A stretch of 64,000 bases of DNA from Vitreimonas sp. (GTDB taxonomy: Bacteria; Patescibacteriota; Microgenomatia; UBA1400; PJMF01): positions 455,269-519,268 of the forward strand of contig DASPLQ010000012.1 of the NCBI GenBank assembly GCA_035627515.1, read 5' to 3'. The first letter of the stretch is position 1; each line of letters opens with the position of its first letter. Position numbers and translations under genes: made by a program. Positions 38,259-46,898 of this stretch are shown one piece after another. Under the pieces are notes generated by a model, which did no database searches, was not told the DNA's origin, and was given only the letters and a program-made list of their open reading frames with translations.

Positions 38259-39470
38259 TTACTCGTAGCGGAGGGCTTCGATGGGTGAGAGCTTAGCGGC
38301 ACGGCGAGCGGGCGCTGCCCCAAAGACTAAACCAACTACCGTCGAAACACCAAAGGCCAAGATCACGGCCTGCATTGTGACTCGGGCGGGGAAGTAGGGT
38401 TGGATAGCGAGGGAACCTAGATAGGCAATGGCTAAGCCAATCAAGCCACCAATGATGGATAACAAGGCTGCCTCGATTAAAAACTGTAATAAAATTAAAT
38501 TTGGTGTCGCGCCCAGAGCTTTTCGCAAGCCGATTTCTCGGGTACGCTCAGTCACTGACACCAACATGATGTTCATGATACCAATGCCGCCCACCACCAG
38601 CGAGATGGCAGCAATGCCGCCCAAACCAGCCGTCATTGCCCCCAACACACTATTAATCGTGTTCAGTAATTGGGTTTGATCAAAGACGCTAAACTCATCT
38701 TCATCAAGTTCTTTCAGTAAGGTTTTTTCGATGCCAGCTTTGGCTTCCTCTAGTGACTTACCATCTTTAATTTTGAAGGTGAAGTTATCGATCAAATCAC
38801 GATTAAAATCATCGGCCAAAGTCTCGAGTGGAATGTAGATATAGTTATCAAAACTAGGTCCACCAAATCCGCCGCCTTTTTCTTTAAGAACGCCGCTGAC
38901 TTTATATGATCGTCCATCAAGACGAATGGTTTTATTGACGGGATCAACTTCTTTAAAAAGTTCTTCCGCAATTTTAGTGCCTAGCATCACCACCCGTTCG
39001 CCACTGACTTCATCGGTGTCGCTAAACCATTTGCCTTTTTCAGCAGGGCTGTTGGTGAGAATTTCATATTCATTGGTGGTGCCATACAGAGTGACGCGCT
39101 TGGTGACGTTGCGATATTTAGCTTCGCCGGTACCCAACACCGCCGCTGCACCTTCATCGATGTACTCGCGGTTGTTGCGCATCACGTCGTTGAGTTGCCG
39201 TATTTTGAGTAAGCCACGAGTGGTATCAATTAAGGTTTGTTCTTGGTTCCCAAAGCCCCCATCTTCGCCAAACGGATTACCTGGAACTACATAGAGTGTA
39301 TTACTTCCCAAATCTGCAAACTGCTCGGTAATATATGCCTGTAAGCCGGTGCCAATACTCGTTAATAACACCACCGAGCCGACGCCAATAATCACCCCTA
39401 ACATCGTCAGAAACGAGCGCGTTTTGTTGACAAAAATAGCCTTGAGGGCGATTTGGAAAATACTACCCAT
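38259..39470 (-). CDS. MacB/FtsX-family ABC transporter permease
   Basis: RSFLTMLGVIIG, GGIGIMNIMLVSVTERTREIG.RKALGA, PIEALRYE. Confidence 0.95.
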   Translation of the reverse strand: MGSIFQIALKAIFVNKTRSFLTMLGVIIGVGSVVLLTSIGTGLQAYITEQFADLGSNTLYVVPGNPFGEDGGFGNQEQTLIDTTRGLLKIRQLNDVMRNNREYIDEGAAAVLGTGEAKYRNVTKRVTLYGTTNEYEILTNSPAEKGKWFSDTDEVSGERVVMLGTKIAEELFKEVDPVNKTIRLDGRSYKVSGVLKEKGGGFGGPSFDNYIYIPLETLADDFNRDLIDNFTFKIKDGKSLEEAKAGIEKTLLKELDEDEFSVFDQTQLLNTINSVLGAMTAGLGGIAAISLVVGGIGIMNIMLVSVTERTREIGLRKALGATPNLILLQFLIEAALLSIIGGLIGLAIAYLGSLAIQPYFPARVTMQAVILAFGVSTVVGLVFGAAPARRAAKLSPIEALRYE

Positions 39471-40179
39471 GTTTGCGTTTTCCTGTCAGTTTGCCGGCTT
39501 TGGGCATCTTAGTATCTTTAATAATCACCCCGTCCTTAAACACGACTAGTCGTTTAGCGATGGCCGCCACATCATCCTCGTGCGTAACCATAATGATGGT
39601 ACTACCTTCAGCATGCAACTCAGTTAACAATTTTTTGATATCCTCGCCACTTTTGGAATCAAGATTGCCGGTGGGCTCATCAGCAAAAATTAAACTGGGA
39701 TTATTGACCAGTGCCCGAGCGATGGCCACGCGCTGTTGTTGACCACCGGAGAGTTGGGCAGGTGTATTGTGGAGACGGTCACCTAAGCCGACGCGTTCCA
39801 ACATCGCTTGGGCTCGCTTCCTGCGGTCAGCTTCGCCCACGTTAGCGTAGACCAAAGGCAGCGCCACATTATCCAGCGCCGAAGTGCGAGCTAACAAATT
39901 AAACTGCTGAAACACAAACCCAATCTCTTGATTGCGCAGGCGAGCGCGTTCCACCTCATTAAACTTAGTTACATCTTTGCCTTTGAGTGAAATGACGCCG
40001 GTACTGGGTTCTGCCAGCATACTCGCCACTTGCAAAAATGTTGACTTACCGGAGCCAGACGGACCCATCACCGCCAAAAACTCACCCATTTCCACGTCGA
40101 TGCTGATGCCATCTAAAGCGCGGATGGTGCTATCACCCAGGTGGTAGTGCTTGGTGACGTTATCGAGTGCTAGTAACAT
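39463..40179 (-). CDS. MacB/LolD-family ABC ATPase
   Basis: GPSGSGKST, LSGGQQQRVAIARA, ADEPTGNLD. Confidence 0.95.
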   Translation of the reverse strand: MLLALDNVTKHYHLGDSTIRALDGISIDVEMGEFLAVMGPSGSGKSTFLQVASMLAEPSTGVISLKGKDVTKFNEVERARLRNQEIGFVFQQFNLLARTSALDNVALPLVYANVGEADRRKRAQAMLERVGLGDRLHNTPAQLSGGQQQRVAIARALVNNPSLIFADEPTGNLDSKSGEDIKKLLTELHAEGSTIIMVTHEDDVAAIAKRLVVFKDGVIIKDTKMPKAGKLTGKRKHG

Positions 40180-40187
40180 AGTTGATA

Positions 40188-40203
40188 AGGTAGTTAGCTA
40201 CAG
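40188..40203. repeat. Inverted copy of the 14-bp repeat unit, 3' of the four-helix-bundle gene
   Basis: aggtagttagctacag; its reverse complement ctgtagctaactacct matches ctgtagctaactatct (40703-40718) at 15/16. Confidence 0.75.
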
Positions 40204-40207
40204 GTTG

Positions 40208-40609
40208 TTAAGTTGTTAGATAATGCGGCGGGCGGTTACCAGCTTGATACGATAATATTTTATTTAGTATTTTCAAAATTTCGGTGAGATTGCTTTCTAA
40301 GAATGTAAATTTTTCAGTTTTAATGTAATTGAGATGATGAGAAATAATAAGTTGGGTTTCTAATTCAACTGCTGAAGCGTAAGCATAGCGTAGGAACTGA
40401 TGATATTCAGCCATCTTTTTTGATCGACCGCACCCTTCGGCAATATTAGAAGCTACTGACACCGATGCTCTTCGCATCTGTGAGGTTAATCCAAACATTT
40501 CAGTTCTTGGATATACATTTGTAACTGCATAAATATCGAAACAGAGCTGCATAGATTTCTGCCAAACAATTAGGTCTTTATACGATTTAACTTTGGGATA
40601 AGTAGACAT
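40208..40609 (-). CDS. Four-helix-bundle protein (23S rRNA IVP / TIGR02436, Avd-related)
   Basis: SYKDLIVWQKS, YP..E.FGLTSQMRRASVSVASNIAEG.GR, A.AS..ELETQL. Confidence 0.92.
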   Translation of the reverse strand: MSTYPKVKSYKDLIVWQKSMQLCFDIYAVTNVYPRTEMFGLTSQMRRASVSVASNIAEGCGRSKKMAEYHQFLRYAYASAVELETQLIISHHLNYIKTEKFTFLESNLTEILKILNKILSYQAGNRPPHYLTT

Positions 40610-40694
40610 TAAAGGCAAATTTTAAAACACAATGGCTTTAAAAGCATTGCTCATCAGCTACCTATCAATTCTATTTCAGCACTTAACTTTTATT

Positions 40695-40733
40695 CTAACT
40701 ATCTGTAGCTAACTATCTGTAGCTAACTATCTG
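40695..40733. repeat. 14-bp tandem repeat (ctaactatctgtag x2.8)
   Basis: Read directly from the sequence. Confidence 0.9.
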
Positions 40734-40735
40734 AA

Positions 40736-41782
40736 TCACTGTGGAATCAACACTTCATCAGTGAGGTTAAGACCCCGCGTGACCTCGACTGTATCTTCAG
40801 TTTCTAAGTCGACCTCAATTTCGCGTTCTTCATAGGTGAACTCACCCGTGCGGACATCAACCACGGTTTTGTCATCGCGGTCGCGCGTGGCATCAAGTGG
40901 AATAACTAATACCTGTTTTCTAGTATCTACCGTAATGTTGACGTCACCATTCATACCCAAGCGCATTTTTTGGAGCGCGTCAGGTTGTTCGATGGGGAAC
41001 TCCACAATAAAGACGGTGCCAGATGAACTTTGGCTGCTTTTGAAATCAATACTTTTGACGTAGGTGGTAATTTTTTCGTCAGGATAGGCATCCAACTCGA
41101 TCTCAGCTACTTGGCCAACTTGAATTTGACTAATGTCTGCCTCATCAATGCCAGCGCGGAAGACTAAGGTGGCAGGATCGACGAGTTCGAAAGCGTCAGT
41201 TAGGCCTAGATTCACGCCAGTGACGGTTGTGGGAGCAGCAGTTAAGATGCCAGCAAAGGGGGCAGTAATGACGGTGTTTTTGATGGCAATGTCACGAATC
41301 TCCACGTTTAATACAGTGTCATCAAGATCCCATTGTTCTTTATCGATGCGGCGACGAGTAGGGAGGGTCTCGACGTGATAATCAGTGGCGTCTTGGGTGG
41401 CTTCCCAATCCCAACGTTCACGCATGTAAGCGTTTAAATCTTGTTGCAGTCGTTTTTCCAGCTCTCTGCGATCGATGGTGGCAATAGTTTGCCATTTTTT
41501 AACCATGTCACCAGGCTGAGCACCAAGGTAAACAACTTTACCTCCCGCCGCGAAGCGGAGGCTGGCTTTTTGTTTGGCATCAACCACACCAGAAACTTGA
41601 ATGGTTTTGGTCAAATCTTGAGTTCGGGGTTTTTCGAAGGTTAAGTCTGGCTTAGCGGCCTCGGCGCGGCGATACTGCCAGTAGCCACCCCCGGCGGCAA
41701 TTAACAGCACAATCAGGATCAGTTTCCAGCGGCGGCGAATGAGGTGCCAAGTTCTAGTAGGCAACGACAGCAAAAATTTCAC
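40736..41782 (-). CDS. MacA-like membrane fusion protein (periplasmic adaptor)
   Basis: TM; lipoyl halves (GKVVYL..GDMVK, ITAPFAG); DEADI..I.VGQ; RLGM. Confidence 0.9.
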   Translation of the reverse strand: MKFLLSLPTRTWHLIRRRWKLILIVLLIAAGGGYWQYRRAEAAKPDLTFEKPRTQDLTKTIQVSGVVDAKQKASLRFAAGGKVVYLGAQPGDMVKKWQTIATIDRRELEKRLQQDLNAYMRERWDWEATQDATDYHVETLPTRRRIDKEQWDLDDTVLNVEIRDIAIKNTVITAPFAGILTAAPTTVTGVNLGLTDAFELVDPATLVFRAGIDEADISQIQVGQVAEIELDAYPDEKITTYVKSIDFKSSQSSSGTVFIVEFPIEQPDALQKMRLGMNGDVNITVDTRKQVLVIPLDATRDRDDKTVVDVRTGEFTYEEREIEVDLETEDTVEVTRGLNLTDEVLIPQ

Positions 41783-41879
41783 ATATTAACTATAAACGTT
41801 TTTGGCTATCAAGCCAAGTGGAGGTCGAAGGCGCATCTGGATCATTGTCAAAATACCAGTGGTTTTTTTCAAAACTTTC

Positions 41880-42347
41880 GAGTGAGAGGTGTTTCATCAT
41901 GACTAGTGAGATTGCTGCAAAAGTCCGCCTGGGGTGTGTACAAAATGTACGTTTTGACTGTAATGACGTGTATCCAGGCGAACTTCTGAAGCAAGGGTGG
42001 AGGGAATAGCTGAAAGTCCTTTAAGAAGTTTTCTCAAGGTGTGCGAAAAAAGGGCTTAGCTTTTTTGTTTGATAGTGGTTGTTCAAAAAGTGAACTTTGT
42101 GAAGGTTGTGCGATTTTTGTTAATAAACGCACAATCGATAAAAAAAACAGGTTTATGAAGATGAGTCCCTGCTAAGGTCTTTTTCGTAAAAGGAAGTTTT
42201 GTGTCTGTTGTATGATTTTTGCCAATATTCATACAAGCGAAAAAAGAGACTTAATCAGAAAACTCTTTTCCCCCCCAGCTCACTGAGCTGAAAAGCTTTC
42301 CCTTCCCATGACATAATTAGGACACGATTGTGGCACAAATATGCCAC
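41880..42347 (-). repeat. Modular non-coding palindromic repeat, copy 1 (A 41921-41985, B 42106-42134, C 42208-42236, D 42308-42347)
   Basis: 41880-42238 aligns in reverse complement to 52702-53023; module D matches 58691-58730. Confidence 0.9.
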
Positions 42348-42390
42348 GAGTAAATTGGTGCGCTCTGTGAAGGTACCGCGGCCAAACTCC

Positions 42391-42399
42391 TGATATAAT
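42391..42399 (+). promoter_or_regulatory. Extended -10 promoter of the tRNA
   Basis: TGATATAAT 14 nt before the tRNA 5' end. Confidence 0.75.
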
Positions 42400-42413
42400 T
42401 ACGGCTGTTAAGC

Positions 42414-42486
42414 GAGCCGATAGCTCAGCTGGTAGAGCAGAAAGCTTATACCTTTCCGGTCGGGGGTTCGAGTCCCTCTCGGCTCA
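42414..42486 (+). tRNA. tRNA-Ile(UAU)
   Basis: Cloverleaf: acceptor GAGCCGA/TCGGCTC, D stem GCTC/GAGC, anticodon stem GAAAG/CTTTC with loop CT-TAT-AC, T loop TTCGAGT, discriminator A; CCA not encoded. Confidence 0.92.
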
Positions 42487-42509
42487 CACATTCACTTTTC
42501 CCTTCATAC

Positions 42510-42539
42510 AAAAAACCCTGCAGTGTTACCACCGCAGGG
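42510..42539 (-). terminator. Intrinsic terminator of the surface-protein genes
   Basis: Minus strand CCCTGCGGTG-gtaa-CACTGCAGGG-TTTTTT. Confidence 0.85.
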
Positions 42540-42561
42540 CTCAATTTCAAAACTATTCAGC

Positions 42562-43491
42562 TTATAAAATCAGTAAGGCAAGGACTGCTCCACCGACAAT
42601 GGCGAGTAAGCCTGGGCCGATGAACTTCTTGAAGGTATCAGCTGCACCTGAGCGAGGTAACTCACTTGGTAAGGGCTCGGTTCCATCAACGGTTTGAGTC
42701 GGCACGTAGGTGGTTGTAGAAGGTGGCGTACAAGAAGCACTTTCTGGATTAGACTCTAAGCGACAGACGCGACCTTGGTTGGTGTCATAACAGGCATGAT
42801 CAGGATTACTACAGTCACTATCAGTACCACAGGCTTGGTTACAGTAAGCGGTACTACAGCTGGCGCTGGTTGGATTAGTAGCTAAGCGACAGTTCCCGTT
42901 GTAACAGATGAAGTTACTATTGGCTTGAGCACATTGTGTGTTGTTCTGACAGGTACTGTTACAAGAGTAGGTTGTAGTTGTCGTTGGTGATGGCGATGGG
43001 CTCGTACTTGGTGAAGGACTTGGGCTCGTGCTTGGTGAAGGTGAAGGGCTAGTACTCGGTGATGGACTAGGACTGGTGCTCGGTGATGGGCTGGGTGAGG
43101 TAGATGGTGAGGGACTTGGAGAACCAGCCACTACAAATGATAAGGAACAATTGGCAGTTTGAACCACTGCAGCTTGAGGACGTGAGTCTGGAGCAGTAGG
43201 AGCGACCGGAGTTTGATCCACGCGTTGGCGGATGGCAGTTAAGACACCGGCCATGGATAACACAAAGAACAGGGTTAAGCCCAACACAGTCATCACTGAC
43301 CGAGCATCTATTCCGAAAATTTTGCGAGGTTGTTTACCAGCAGCAGGGAAGCCCTTGAAGTTGGTACCACCGGCATTACCACCACCAGCGCCACTAGCCG
43401 TCATGACTGGTGTGGCAGGAGCTACCGGAGCAGCGCCAGTAGTAACTGGTTGTTTGGTGTAGCTAGTTGGTGTTGGTGTCGCGTTAATCAT
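42562..43491 (-). CDS. Surface protein with Ser/Pro repeats, two Cys modules and C-terminal LPxSG + TM
   Basis: N-terminal TM; SPSPSPST repeats; CN..C...CRL..NP.S.SC x2; LPRSG followed by a hydrophobic tail. Confidence 0.8.
   Translation of the reverse strand: MINATPTPTSYTKQPVTTGAAPVAPATPVMTASGAGGGNAGGTNFKGFPAAGKQPRKIFGIDARSVMTVLGLTLFFVLSMAGVLTAIRQRVDQTPVAPTAPDSRPQAAVVQTANCSLSFVVAGSPSPSPSTSPSPSPSTSPSPSPSTSPSPSPSTSPSPSPSTSPSPSPTTTTTYSCNSTCQNNTQCAQANSNFICYNGNCRLATNPTSASCSTAYCNQACGTDSDCSNPDHACYDTNQGRVCRLESNPESASCTPPSTTTYVPTQTVDGTEPLPSELPRSGAADTFKKFIGPGLLAIVGGAVLALLIL
42985..43122 (-). repeat. Coding tandem repeat, 24-bp unit (SPSPSPST x5.75)
   Basis: Peptide units identical, DNA synonymously diverged. 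Confidence 0.85.
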
Positions 43492-43507
43492 GATTGGTAT
43501 CCATTAG

Positions 43508-46500
43508 TTATGGTGTTACCCCTGTCCCAAACGGGTTTTCATATGAGTGACAACTGGTATCATCTTGAGTGGTACAGATTCGGCATTGTGCAGCGTGCAG
43601 ACCAGTCTTGGTGATCGTGTAATTATTAGACACTCGACCAGTCATCTGTAAGTTGACGAGCACACCATCTGGCTCTACGATCCGGGCTTGGTACTTACCA
43701 CTTTGAGTGATGGCAGCTACTTCGCCACAAGTAATGCGGATGGCGTTGCCCATGGCAGGGTCTTGAGTAGCTGGAGCACTTGGGTTGGTTACATTAGTCA
43801 TTTGAATTGACAAACATTGTGGTCCGACTGGTGCCTGACAACTACCACTGGTTGGATTCTCAGGTAAGCGGCAGCGTTTGCCGGTGGCGCCCGTGTCGAT
43901 ACACTTCAGGCGGGAGTCAGCAGTGGCACATTGAGCATCATTTCCACATTCACTGTTACAGAAGTACCCAGGTGGTAAGGATGGAGGAGGACTCTCCTGA
44001 GTTACTGTTACTGGAGGTATGTTAGGCGCTGGAGGCTGGATCACTGGAGGTTGAGTACTACAGTTCGCAGCACATTGGTAGATAGTCATGGTGCCTTCAC
44101 CTGGTTTGCCCAGAGCACATTCTTTTCGACCATCGCCGTTGACATCTTTACAAACGTAATCATTAGGATTATCGCGGGTGGTACAAGAGTACACAGTGGA
44201 GTTGAAGCCACCACCGTCAGTGCGAGTATAAGAACCACTGCCGTTGAAGGTACCGCGACAGTCACATTGAATGACACCACAGCCGCTTGGCAGTTGACTC
44301 TTCATGTTCGCAGAGTTTGGTAAAGGTCCATTAACAAAGCCAGAGCCAGTGAATTTCCCGGTATTACAAGCACCGCCGAGACTACCATCGCAAGCATAAC
44401 AAGCATATTCACAAGTTTCGCCAACACTACCACCATAGGTAGGTGTCCCACCAGCAGAACTAGCACAATAACCAGCTCCATCACCAGTAAGATCACAGCG
44501 ACCACTAGCGCACTGATTACTCGTAGAACAGAGACAGTTGCCACCACGGCCGGTCGTAGCACTACAGTTAACATTATTACCAGTAGTGTTAGTGCCCCCG
44601 CTAACAACTCTTACACACTCACCATTTTGATAATTAGAACCGTTAGCACAAGCGCGAGTCAAAGCACCAGTTTGGGAATGATAACACTCCCAACTATTAG
44701 CTTTATTATCACTAAAAGTTGCTCCTTCACACACATTTCCTTTTTTACAACCACCGCTTGTCCAGGCACAGCCAGGATAAGCATTACAGGCAGTAGCACC
44801 AGAATCAAAGTTTCCACAGTTGCCGTTTGGATCACTGCCAATAGGTGTATTACATTCACCATTAGTCATCACCCAACCTTCTTTACATTGGAACTCAATT
44901 GATTTGCTTGAGCCTGTGCCTACAGTACAGCGTTCTTTGTTAGGACCACCGTCACTGGTGCCAGAGTCACGGGTACAAGCTTTTATTTCTTTACAAGAAT
45001 TGTCTTCAAAAATACATCCAGACCGTGCGTTACAAGCGCTGGCGCTGGTATCGTAGTTACCACATGAGCCTTGGGGATCTTGGCTGGTGGCTACACAACT
45101 CCCTGCATTATTTACATAACCAGTCTTACATTGTGCAGTAGTGGCACCGGATGATTGATGAACACAGAGTTCACCATTTGCAGGTGCGTTTAAGCCAGAA
45201 ATTGAAATAGTTTGTTTAGTACAGTAAGGTAAACCATTGGGAGCAGTACCTGTTGGATTAAGTTCGACGTTATTACACTCTTTAGGTAAAGTAGAACTAA
45301 TAGAGAAGGTGTGCTTAACTCCAGCAGTGCCGCCATTTTTACCAGTTTGAGTACACTCACAAGTAGTGTCATTGAGTTTAGTAGCTCCACCAGGACAAAC
45401 TACGTTTACAGCTTGGGCACAAGTTTGCCCATTAGTAGCCACTTTACCTGTGTTAGGACCAGAACTACAAATACAGCCATTTGGATTAGTACAAGTAGCA
45501 CCCTCTGGGATGAGACTTCGAGCATTAGGATCAACGCCGCCAGTGGCACTGCTGCGACAAACTCCGCCATTAGACATAATCTTGCCCGCATCTAATCCAC
45601 CAATACATTTACAGCCGCCAGCATTGTTACACGTTTCGCCAGAGTTAATTTCCTTAATAGTGGCAGGTGCGGTGGAAGTTGCAGCTTTACAACTAGTTCC
45701 ATAACCAATCACTTTGCCTTTATCTGGGCCATCTAAACACTCACATCCAGGAGTTTCTAAACACTGTCTGCCAGCTAAGATACCAATTCGCCCTGAAGGA
45801 GTGGTGGTGCCACCAGTTCCTGTGCTAGGAGGAGTTGTACCGCCACCGCCACCACCACAAGTGGCGCCGTTAGCAATTGAACCACGCGTGTTGTTAGCGC
45901 TACACAAACAGCCCCCGGCATTGTTACACACAGCGCCAGGACCTAAATCACCTGCACATTGATACGTACAGGAAGCGGCACAAACGCCCCATTGACCATC
46001 GGCGTTACCACTACAGTTACCAGTTTTACATTCTAAGACACCGCCGCGACAACAAGCGCCGCCAATATCTACACTATTAGGGGTGCCTGAGGCTGGATTA
46101 CAAGCTGAGCCAACAGCGCCACCGCCACCACCCGTAGCTGGAGGAGTTGTTGTACCACCTGTAGCTGGAGGAACTGTGCCACCACAAGCGACACCAGTAT
46201 TAGTCCACCAACCATTACAATTTGATCGATCACAGCGCCACATGGTCTTAGAATCAGTATTACAACGACTTTGACCTGTAGCTACGCCATCACAATCATT
46301 GGGATTACCACAACCACCGCCACCCCCACCGTTGTCAGCAGGAGGAGGTGGCGGCGGAGCGGGAGGGGATCCACACGTACCAGTTTCCTGCCAAGAGCCA
46401 TTATTACAACGAAAGGTTTTTCCTAAAGCAGTATTACAATGTTCTGAACCTGAAGTTGCCCAGCCATCACATTTAGCGCCAGCAGCTTGGTTCACAATAT

Positions 46501-46720
46501 TAGTGTCATTTTGAGTCAAATAAAAGCCTGCGCCTGCACCTAAGAGGACTAAGACTAAAACAGTCACACCGGCGAAGATCTTCCAATATTTTTTTAGTGC
46601 CGCAAAGCGACTAGGAGTTTTGTTAAAGGAGCTGCCCATACTACTAGTAGGGGTGCTTGAAGAGGGAGTGCTTGGCATTCCGGAAACTGAGTTTGGAGCA
46701 GCGGTAGTGCTGTTTAACAT
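43508..46720 (-). CDS. Large Cys/Gly-rich membrane-anchored surface protein with internal repeats
   Basis: N-terminal TM; repeated G..C...GC.C modules; Pro/Gly linkers. Confidence 0.85.
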   Translation of the reverse strand: MLNSTTAAPNSVSGMPSTPSSSTPTSSMGSSFNKTPSRFAALKKYWKIFAGVTVLVLVLLGAGAGFYLTQNDTNIVNQAAGAKCDGWATSGSEHCNTALGKTFRCNNGSWQETGTCGSPPAPPPPPPADNGGGGGGCGNPNDCDGVATGQSRCNTDSKTMWRCDRSNCNGWWTNTGVACGGTVPPATGGTTTPPATGGGGGAVGSACNPASGTPNSVDIGGACCRGGVLECKTGNCSGNADGQWGVCAASCTYQCAGDLGPGAVCNNAGGCLCSANNTRGSIANGATCGGGGGGTTPPSTGTGGTTTPSGRIGILAGRQCLETPGCECLDGPDKGKVIGYGTSCKAATSTAPATIKEINSGETCNNAGGCKCIGGLDAGKIMSNGGVCRSSATGGVDPNARSLIPEGATCTNPNGCICSSGPNTGKVATNGQTCAQAVNVVCPGGATKLNDTTCECTQTGKNGGTAGVKHTFSISSTLPKECNNVELNPTGTAPNGLPYCTKQTISISGLNAPANGELCVHQSSGATTAQCKTGYVNNAGSCVATSQDPQGSCGNYDTSASACNARSGCIFEDNSCKEIKACTRDSGTSDGGPNKERCTVGTGSSKSIEFQCKEGWVMTNGECNTPIGSDPNGNCGNFDSGATACNAYPGCAWTSGGCKKGNVCEGATFSDNKANSWECYHSQTGALTRACANGSNYQNGECVRVVSGGTNTTGNNVNCSATTGRGGNCLCSTSNQCASGRCDLTGDGAGYCASSAGGTPTYGGSVGETCEYACYACDGSLGGACNTGKFTGSGFVNGPLPNSANMKSQLPSGCGVIQCDCRGTFNGSGSYTRTDGGGFNSTVYSCTTRDNPNDYVCKDVNGDGRKECALGKPGEGTMTIYQCAANCSTQPPVIQPPAPNIPPVTVTQESPPPSLPPGYFCNSECGNDAQCATADSRLKCIDTGATGKRCRLPENPTSGSCQAPVGPQCLSIQMTNVTNPSAPATQDPAMGNAIRITCGEVAAITQSGKYQARIVEPDGVLVNLQMTGRVSNNYTITKTGLHAAQCRICTTQDDTSCHSYENPFGTGVTP

Positions 46721-46898
46721 TGTTTAAATTTTCTTTAACACACAACAACGCCAAGAAACTTGGCTGAGTATCAGAATACAAAGTTTTCGATACCCGAGTC
46801 AAGGGGGAGAATGGGGTATTTTCAGGCAGAAAAAGCCCAAACAGATCACAATATATGTTCAATCTGTGACAGAGTATATCAACAATGAAAAGATGAAG

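Noticed and set aside
41921-41985. Module A as an integron attC site
   Set aside because: Lacks RYYYAAC/GTTRRRY ends; no cassette ORF array and no integrase
41818-42009. Short ORF through module A (..NVRFDCNDV.PGELL), whose frame is open in all three copies
   Set aside because: Flanking changes are mostly non-synonymous, the core shows no synonymous variation, and starts and stops are not shared. DNA/RNA-level constraint explains it better, though a peptide is not fully excluded.
42985-43122. Ser/Pro repeat as a phase-variable slippage locus
   Set aside because: The units are synonymously diverged at DNA level and in frame, so this is an old linker rather than an active contingency repeat
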